Shown piece after piece: positions 27,745 to 33,813 of a DNA stretch of 36,564 bases. Made by a program: the position numbers and the translations under genes. Origin of the DNA: an uncultured Janthinobacterium sp. (GTDB lineage Bacteria > Vulcanimicrobiota > Vulcanimicrobiia > Vulcanimicrobiales > Vulcanimicrobiaceae); NCBI GenBank assembly GCA_964658025.1, contig CAZZXB010000002.1, positions 20,064 to 56,627 of the forward strand. Direction: 5' to 3'. How positions within the stretch are numbered: the stretch's first letter is position 1; the number at the start of each line of letters is the position of its first letter. The notes beneath the pieces were generated by a model. The model ran no database searches, had not been told where the DNA came from, and was given only the letters and a program-made list of their open reading frames with translations.

Positions 27745-27870
27745 CTAGTGGCGGGAGACCTCGGCGTCGCGATTCGAGCGGTTCTGCTCGGCGTAGGCGC
27801 CCCAAAAGATCACGACCGAGACGACCACGGAGAAGACCCCGAGGAGGATACCTGCTACTTGCGCACTCAC
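27745..27870 (-). CDS. 41-aa single-pass membrane protein (leaderless)
   Basis: MSAQVAGILLGVFSVVVSVVIFWGAYAEQNRSNRDAEVSRH; the GTG lies 7 nt after a TATACT box. Confidence 0.65.
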   Translation of the reverse strand: MSAQVAGILLGVFSVVVSVVIFWGAYAEQNRSNRDAEVSRH

Positions 27871-27877
27871 GCTAGCA

Positions 27878-27905
27878 AGTATATCCGCCGTGCCGGACGA
27901 GTCAA
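27878..27905 (-). promoter_or_regulatory. Sigma70/SigA promoter TTGACT-N16-TATACT
   Basis: 5/6 match to both consensus hexamers in a very GC-rich background. Confidence 0.75.
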
Positions 27906-28035
27906 TGCCGAAATGGGGAGCGCGTCCCCGGGCCGCAATGTCCCGGATCGAACGCAGACGCCGTGATTTACTAAACCTATACCAACCTCGGACCGATTCT
28001 GGATACATCTCCCTCCGACCCGTAGGCGGATATCC

Positions 28036-28566
28036 ATGAAATCGCTCACCCGTTCCGCGCTCTTGGGCGCGAGCTCCGCGATCGCCCTCGTCGGCCTCCC
28101 GCTCCTGGGCAGCTTCGTCGATGCCGCACAATCCGCCGCGCCGGAAGATCTCGCGACGCTCAATGCGGCGATCGAGCTCGAGCGTGCCGGCATCAAGGCG
28201 TACGCCGACGCGGCGGCGACCGGGCTCCTCTCGGCGCCCGTCCTCAAGATCGCGTCCGGCTTTTCGGCCGACCACGCCGCCCATCGCGACGCGTTGATCG
28301 CCGCGGTCGTCGCGGGCGGCGGCACGCCGTCGACGGCGACCGCCAAGCTCGACTATCCGAAGCTCGCGAGCGCGACGGACGTCCTCGAGTTCGCGATGGT
28401 CGTCGAGCGAAAGGCCGCCTCGACCTACCTCTCGGTGATCCCGGACCTCAAGGACCGCCGGCTCGCCGAAGTCGCGGGATCGATCCTCGGCGTCGAGACG
28501 ACGCACGTCTCCACGCTCGCGGCGGCGCTCGGCGTCAAGCCGTACCCCTCCGGATTCGTCGGCTGA
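28036..28566 (+). CDS. Ferritin-like domain protein with N-terminal export signal
   Basis: LN.A..LE.....AY, H..H...L, VE..A...Y and ILGVE..H four-helix pattern; AGGCGG SD. Confidence 0.8.
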   Translation: MKSLTRSALLGASSAIALVGLPLLGSFVDAAQSAAPEDLATLNAAIELERAGIKAYADAAATGLLSAPVLKIASGFSADHAAHRDALIAAVVAGGGTPSTATAKLDYPKLASATDVLEFAMVVERKAASTYLSVIPDLKDRRLAEVAGSILGVETTHVSTLAAALGVKPYPSGFVG

Positions 28567-29819
28567 TCCTCGCCCTCAAGCGCTGGCTCTTCCGCGGCAC
28601 GTTCCTTCACCGCTTCACGATCGTCACGCTCGTCGTGTCGATCGGCGCGGCGACGGTGCTGGCGCTCGCCCTCGAGAACGCGCACCGCGACGCGGTGGAG
28701 ACCGATTACGAAGTCGCCGCCCTCGGCCGGGTCAACGCGCTGCTCACGGAACCGCTCGAAAAACTCGGGACGCAACGCGACGCCACACCGGCGCAGATCG
28801 CCGAGATCGCGCACGTCGAGGGTGACGTCCGCTTCTTCCAAAACGTCACGGCCCTGCGCGTCTACCGACCCGACGGGACGAGCCTGTATCCGGCGGACGC
28901 ACCGAACGAGCACGCGAACGTGGCCCGCGCGCTCGCGAGCGACGCGTTCGTGCGCGAGACCGAGAACGGCGCGACCACGGCGTACAGCCCGTTCTATACC
29001 GACCGCGAACGCGTCTACGTGCTCGCGATCGATTTCTCGCTCGGCGGCATGACCGCGAACTTACAACACGAACGCAATCGCGTTTTCGAAGCCGTCGGCG
29101 GCGTCGCGGTCGTCATCTTCCTCTCGCTCGTCGCGCTCGCGACGGGCGCGTCGCGCGAACTCGAGCGGCGCCGCCTCCAAGCCCGCGGCGGATTCATCGA
29201 AGTGCTCGCGCTCATGGCGGACACGATCGAACTACGCGATCCCTACACGGCCGGCCACTCCGCGCGCGTCGCGGCGTACAGCCGCGAACTCGCGAACGAG
29301 CTCGGACTCTGCGAGTCCGACGCCCAGGCCGTCGAGCACGCGGCATTATTGCACGACATCGGGAAGATCGCGGTCCCCGATTCCGTGCTCTTCAAGCCCG
29401 GAAAACTCGACGATCGCGAGCGGCGCATCATGAACCAGCATCCGACGATCGGCGGCGAGTTACTCCTGCGGGTCGCCTCGATGGAAGAGATCGCGCCGTG
29501 CGTCGCGCACCATCACGAGCGCATCGACGGCAAGGGGTATCCCGGAACGTTCGGCGGCGACGACATCCCGCGCGGCGCGCGCATCATCGCCGTCGCCGAC
29601 ACGTTCGACGCGATGACGACCGATCGGCCCTATCGGCGCGCGCTCTCCGTCGAGGTGACGCTCGCCGAACTCGATCGCGTCGCGGGGACGCAACTCGACG
29701 CGGCGATGGTCGAGGCGTTCAAGCGGATCGTGCTCCGCGGCTCGATCGCGCCGCCGAAACCGTTCGACGCGGACGACCTCGCGTTCGGTCGCAGCGCAGA
29801 ACTATCGGTCTCGCGTTAG
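28563..29819 (+). CDS. Membrane-bound HD-GYP phosphodiesterase
   Basis: RDPYT.GHS.RV, LLHDIGK, HHER.DG.GYP, AVAD.FDAMT..RPYR and two TM helices. The start is CTG 28563 (inferred) or GTG 28635. Confidence 0.9.
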   Translation: MILALKRWLFRGTFLHRFTIVTLVVSIGAATVLALALENAHRDAVETDYEVAALGRVNALLTEPLEKLGTQRDATPAQIAEIAHVEGDVRFFQNVTALRVYRPDGTSLYPADAPNEHANVARALASDAFVRETENGATTAYSPFYTDRERVYVLAIDFSLGGMTANLQHERNRVFEAVGGVAVVIFLSLVALATGASRELERRRLQARGGFIEVLALMADTIELRDPYTAGHSARVAAYSRELANELGLCESDAQAVEHAALLHDIGKIAVPDSVLFKPGKLDDRERRIMNQHPTIGGELLLRVASMEEIAPCVAHHHERIDGKGYPGTFGGDDIPRGARIIAVADTFDAMTTDRPYRRALSVEVTLAELDRVAGTQLDAAMVEAFKRIVLRGSIAPPKPFDADDLAFGRSAELSVSR

Positions 29820-29828
29820 CGGCACGGG

Positions 29829-30374
29829 TCAACGATCGCGAACGACGACGTCGGAGGTCCGCTCGCCGCCGTCGGGCGTCCACGCGTGGAGCACGTGACG
29901 ACCGGCGCGCACGCCGTCGATTCGGTACGCCTCGCCCGGACGGTCGGTCCGCACCCAGGGTCCGTCGACGACGAGGATCGTCGCGCGCATCGCGCCGTGG
30001 ATGTGACAGCGGATCACGTCGACGCCGGCATTGGGGAACGCGATCACCTTCCCCGGCCCCGTGTCGTAGAAGCCGACGTCGAACGGATCGCTCTCCGACG
30101 AGCTGAAGATGCTATGGAAAAAATCGTCGTCGTTGGGAAAGCGGACGCTCGAGCCGACGGTGACGATCAGGAGATCGGGGACGAAGGCCTTCCCCGCGTT
30201 GCGCATGATCGATTCGGGCATCGCCGCGGGATCGGACCCGTCGCTCACCCAGACGACGCCGGGCTGCGGGAGCGTCCCCGACACCGTTCCGGCGAGCGCG
30301 GGGCGGGCGCCCGTCGCGGCGACGAGCGCGCCGATCGCGCATCGCGCGAGCGCCCGGCCGATTCGAACCTTCAC
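29829..30374 (-). CDS. Secreted cupredoxin-like protein
   Basis: Signal peptide, F.P..L....G..V.FPN.D...HSIFS and CHIHGAM (type-1 Cu-like His/Cys/His/Met). Confidence 0.75.
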   Translation of the reverse strand: MKVRIGRALARCAIGALVAATGARPALAGTVSGTLPQPGVVWVSDGSDPAAMPESIMRNAGKAFVPDLLIVTVGSSVRFPNDDDFFHSIFSSSESDPFDVGFYDTGPGKVIAFPNAGVDVIRCHIHGAMRATILVVDGPWVRTDRPGEAYRIDGVRAGRHVLHAWTPDGGERTSDVVVRDR

Positions 30375-30421
30375 CCATGTCGTATCGTCCCGAACGGCGG
30401 GCGACCTTACGTCGCGGGACG

Positions 30422-31216
30422 TTACTTGTCGCGGAGCACGTCGCGGAGTTTTTCGAGCGCTTTCTGTTGCAGCCGCGAGACGTGCATCTGCGAGACGTTG
30501 AGTCGCTTCGCGATCTCGGTCTGCGAGATCGACTCGTAAAAGCGCAGGAAGAGGATGATCCGCTCGCGCCGCGAGAGCACCTCGAAGGCGCGTTCGAGAT
30601 TCGTCCGGTCCTCGAGATTCGCGAGCGACGGATCGATCTTCCCGATGTAGTCGGCGAGCGTCTGCGCGTTCTTGTCGCCGTCGCTCGTCATCTCGGTATC
30701 GAGCGAGAGCAGATTGTAGGCCTGACCGAGTTCCTGCGCCTCGAGGATGTCTTCTTCCGAAGCGTGCAGGTGTTCGGCGAGTTCGCGGACGGTCGGCGAG
30801 TGGCCGAGGTTGACGGTCAGCTTCTCGATCGCGCGATTGACCGCGAGGTTGAGTTCCTGGAGTCGGCGCGGCACCTTGACCGCCCAGCCCTTATCGCGAA
30901 AGTATCGCTTGATCTCCCCGACGACCGTCGGCGTGGCGTACGTCGTGAACTCGACGCCCCGTTCCAAATCGAAGCGATCGATCGCCTTGATCAGACCGAC
31001 CGTGCCGACCTGGATGAGATCTTCGAGCGACTCGCCGCGATTGGCGAACTTGACCGCGAGGTAGCGCACGAGATTGAGATGCGCCACGACGAGATCGTCG
31101 CGCAGGTGTTCGGCGGCGACGTGATCCGAATCGCGCGCGACCGCGAGTTTACCGAAAGCGTCGCGCGTACGCGCGCGATCCCACCGCTCTTCGTCCGCGT
31201 GGGAAGTCCGATCCAT
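30422..31216 (-). CDS. sigB: RNA polymerase sigma factor, SigB/SigF/SigG family
   Basis: EDLIQVG.VGLIKAIDRFD, F.TYA.PT..GEIKRYFRD, VPRRLQE, SQ.EIA..L..SQMHVSRL. Confidence 0.93.
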   Translation of the reverse strand: MDRTSHADEERWDRARTRDAFGKLAVARDSDHVAAEHLRDDLVVAHLNLVRYLAVKFANRGESLEDLIQVGTVGLIKAIDRFDLERGVEFTTYATPTVVGEIKRYFRDKGWAVKVPRRLQELNLAVNRAIEKLTVNLGHSPTVRELAEHLHASEEDILEAQELGQAYNLLSLDTEMTSDGDKNAQTLADYIGKIDPSLANLEDRTNLERAFEVLSRRERIILFLRFYESISQTEIAKRLNVSQMHVSRLQQKALEKLRDVLRDK

Positions 31217-31223
31217 AATAACG

Positions 31224-31652
31224 TTAGGGGCCGACGCGTTTGGTCATGATGAGTTCGGTGCCGAGATTCGCGTCGATATTGTACGTCAATTCATCCATGA
31301 GCGCTTGAATCAAAAAAATGCCGAGTCCCTCGGCCGTGACCGACGACGGCTTCGCCGCCGTCTCGCCCGCGGCGCGTAACCGATAACGATGGTCGCGCAA
31401 TACCACGCGAAGGTAGGACGATGCCGCCTCGCACGTGATGTCGATCGTCTCCGATCCCACGCCGTGCTGGATGCAGATCGTGCAACCTTCGGCGATCGCG
31501 AGCTTGAGATCTTCGATCTCTTCGACGGAGAACGGAAGGCGATTGGCGATCGCCGCGACCGCGAGCCGCGCGACCGCGACCCATTCGGGCTTACTCGGGA
31601 TACGGAGTTCGACGGTGCCGAGATGCTCGGAACTCGGCTCGGCCGCGTTCAT
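31224..31652 (-). CDS. rsbW: RsbW-like anti-sigma factor (HATPase_c-like, degenerate N and G1 boxes)
   Basis: L.IPS.PE....AR, IEDLKLA..E.C, GLG.FLI..LMD, GT...M.K; located between the STAS and sigma genes. Confidence 0.88.
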   Translation of the reverse strand: MNAAEPSSEHLGTVELRIPSKPEWVAVARLAVAAIANRLPFSVEEIEDLKLAIAEGCTICIQHGVGSETIDITCEAASSYLRVVLRDHRYRLRAAGETAAKPSSVTAEGLGIFLIQALMDELTYNIDANLGTELIMTKRVGP

Positions 31653-31993
31653 CCGAGCGCCTTTTTCGCGCTCGCTTCATCGTCGTAGATACCGAAGATC
31701 TTGACGAGCCCGGTGATGTCGAAAATCTTCTTGATCTGCGGATTCGTACACACGAGGTTGACCGTTCCGCCGTGCTCGCGCACGCGCTTGAGTCCGCCGA
31801 TCAAGACGCCGAGTCCGGTCGAATCGATGTAGCGCACCTTTTCGAGATTGATCACGAGATTGTAATGACCCTGATCGATCAGTTCCGTGATCGCGTCTTT
31901 GACTTTCGGCGAGGTGTAGACGTCGATTTCGCCGCCGAGTTCCACGACGTACGCGTCGTCTTCCGATTCGCGCACGTGCACTTTGATGTCCAA
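31649..31993 (-). CDS. rsbV: RsbV-like anti-anti-sigma factor (STAS)
   Basis: GEIDVYTSP, YIDSTGLGVL (phospho-Ser) and IFDITGL; GGAGG SD. Confidence 0.95.
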   Translation of the reverse strand: MDIKVHVRESEDDAYVVELGGEIDVYTSPKVKDAITELIDQGHYNLVINLEKVRYIDSTGLGVLIGGLKRVREHGGTVNLVCTNPQIKKIFDITGLVKIFGIYDDEASAKKALG

Positions 31994-32005
31994 GAAAATC
32001 GCCTC

Positions 32006-32155
32006 CTATGGCGGGGTCGGGAGAGAACTTTCCGCTTTTCTGCGGAGGGCGTCGCGCATGTCCCCGGTGGGAAGCGGGACGATCAACAAGGCCACGGACG
32101 CTCCGACGAGCGCACCGATCGTCAAACCGGCAAGGCGATCCATGCCCTCAGGCAT
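32006..32155 (-). CDS. 49-aa YtxH-like protein
   Basis: Translated by hand: MPEGMDRLAGLTIGALVGASVALLIVPLPTGDMRDALRRKAESSLPTPP. It has the G..IGA.VG...ALL..P...G..R pattern, and its stop overlaps the rsbV SD. Confidence 0.7.
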   Translation of the reverse strand: MPEGMDRLAGLTIGALVGASVALLIVPLPTGDMRDALRRKAESSLPTPP

Positions 32156-32164
32156 CCTCGCGAC

Positions 32165-32509
32165 TCAGCCGTCGCTCCTGCGCCCGAAGCCGGCCCGCAA
32201 GCTCGTCACGACGTTCCCGATCTGATTCGCCGTTCGCGTGGCACCGCTCGCGACGCCCTCGAGCGACGCGACCGCGACGCCGAGCCGGGCGATCGTCGCG
32301 TCCGCGGTATCGGCGATGCCGCCGACGTGCGAGAGCGTCGTCGCGACGGGCGCGCCGACCGCGGCGATCTGGCGGTCGACTTCGTCGAGCGTCCGCCCGA
32401 CGCGCGAGAGCAAGCCGGCGAGCCGGAAGCAGACGACCATGATACCGAGACCGACGAGCACGCATCCGAGCCCGAGCCCGATCGACCACCAATCGGTCGA
32501 TGCACCCAC
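32165..32509 (-). CDS. DUF948 (YtxG/YoxC-like) membrane-anchored coiled-coil protein
   Basis: N-terminal TM followed by L..V..TLDEVD..I heptads; GGAGG 6 nt before GTG 32509. Confidence 0.75.
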   Translation of the reverse strand: MGASTDWWSIGLGLGCVLVGLGIMVVCFRLAGLLSRVGRTLDEVDRQIAAVGAPVATTLSHVGGIADTADATIARLGVAVASLEGVASGATRTANQIGNVVTSLRAGFGRRSDG

Positions 32510-32534
32510 GAACAACCTCCGAGTGACCGCTCTC

Positions 32535-33713
32535 CTAGCGGCCGGAACGTACTGTACCCACGTTCGTGGGAGCTTCACGCAACGAACGGACGGCGTCGGG
32601 GAGAAGCCCGAGCAATCGATCGATTTCGGGAGAACGCGTACGTTTTCCGAGCGAGAGACGGACCGTCCCCCTCGCGCGTTCCGCATCGAGCCCGATCGCG
32701 TCGAGCACGTGGCTCGCGACGACCGCCCCCGCCGCGCACGCGCTCCCCGCGGAGGCCGCGATCCCCGCGAGATCGAGCCGCACGAGCAGCTCGACGGCGT
32801 CGACGCCCGGAAACGAGAGGCTCGAGACGTGCGCGACGCGGGGCGCGTCGGCGGCGGCGACGCGAGCTCCCGGGATCCGCGCGACGATCTCGGATTCCAT
32901 CCGCGCGCGTAAGGTCTCGAGGCGCGGGCGTTCGACGGGCTCGTCGCGAGCGGCCGCCGCGAGCGCGTGCGCGAATCCGACGATCCCGAACACGTTCTCG
33001 GTCCCGGATCGCAGACCCGACTCTTGGCCGCCGCCGGGAACGAGCGGCGCGAGCGTCACGCCCTCGCGGACGACGAGCGCTCCGACACCCTTGGGTCCGT
33101 AGAACTTGTGACTCGCGAGGCTCAGGAGATCGACGCCGAGTTCCGCGACGTCGAGCGCGAGACGACCAGGCGCCTGCACGGCATCGGTATGGAAGCGAAC
33201 GCCGCGCGCGCGCGCGATCGCAGCGAGTTCCGCGATCGGCGCGATCGTCCCGATCTCGTTATTGGCGAGCATGACCGTCGCGAGCGCGGCTCCGGGCGCG
33301 AGCGCGGCGTCGAACGCCGCCGCGTCGACGCGCCCCGACGCGTCGACGGGCAGGATCTCGACGCTCCACCCCTCGCGCGCGAGCGTCTCGCAACAACGGA
33401 GCACCGCGTCGTGCTCCGTCGCGACCGTCACGATCCGACGCGCGGTCCCCTCGTAGGCGCGCGCCGTGCCGAGGATCGCGAGCGCATCCGCTTCCGACCC
33501 GCTCCCCGCGAACACGATCTCTCGCGCGCGCACCCCGAGCGTCCGCGCGACGAGCGCCCGCGCTTCGTCGACGGCGGCGCGGGCCGACCGGCCTTCGGCA
33601 TGCGTCGAGCTCGCGTTGAAATCCGCGCCGAGCGCGTAGGTCCGCATCACGTCGAAGATTTCCGGGTCGATCGGCGTCGTCGCCGCGTGGTCGAAATAGC
33701 TCCGTTCCGTCAC
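32535..33713 (-). CDS. iscS: Cysteine desulfurase (IscS/NifS group I)
   Basis: YFDHAATTP, ANNEIG, HTDAVQ, SHKFYGPKG (PLP Lys), RSGTEN, SAGSAC (catalytic Cys). Confidence 0.93.
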   Translation of the reverse strand: MTERSYFDHAATTPIDPEIFDVMRTYALGADFNASSTHAEGRSARAAVDEARALVARTLGVRAREIVFAGSGSEADALAILGTARAYEGTARRIVTVATEHDAVLRCCETLAREGWSVEILPVDASGRVDAAAFDAALAPGAALATVMLANNEIGTIAPIAELAAIARARGVRFHTDAVQAPGRLALDVAELGVDLLSLASHKFYGPKGVGALVVREGVTLAPLVPGGGQESGLRSGTENVFGIVGFAHALAAAARDEPVERPRLETLRARMESEIVARIPGARVAAADAPRVAHVSSLSFPGVDAVELLVRLDLAGIAASAGSACAAGAVVASHVLDAIGLDAERARGTVRLSLGKRTRSPEIDRLLGLLPDAVRSLREAPTNVGTVRSGR

Positions 33714-33746
33714 CGATTTTCCTCAGGTTTCTCTTGGGGCGGGTCG

Positions 33747-33755
33747 ATGGTAACA
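33747..33755 (-). promoter_or_regulatory. Extended -10 (TG-T-TACCAT) upstream of iscS
   Basis: TGnTAnnnT match 33 nt upstream of the start, followed by a GAGG SD. Confidence 0.5.
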
Positions 33756-33813
33756 CCATGCGACGTTTCGAGCGTCAGGGCTTCTCGCGTCCCGAGGATC
33801 GAGTTCGGCCTTC

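Noticed and set aside
27709..28035. T-box riboswitch upstream of alaS
   Set aside because: No T-box consensus or terminator/antiterminator was seen. The region is explained by the small ORF and promoter.
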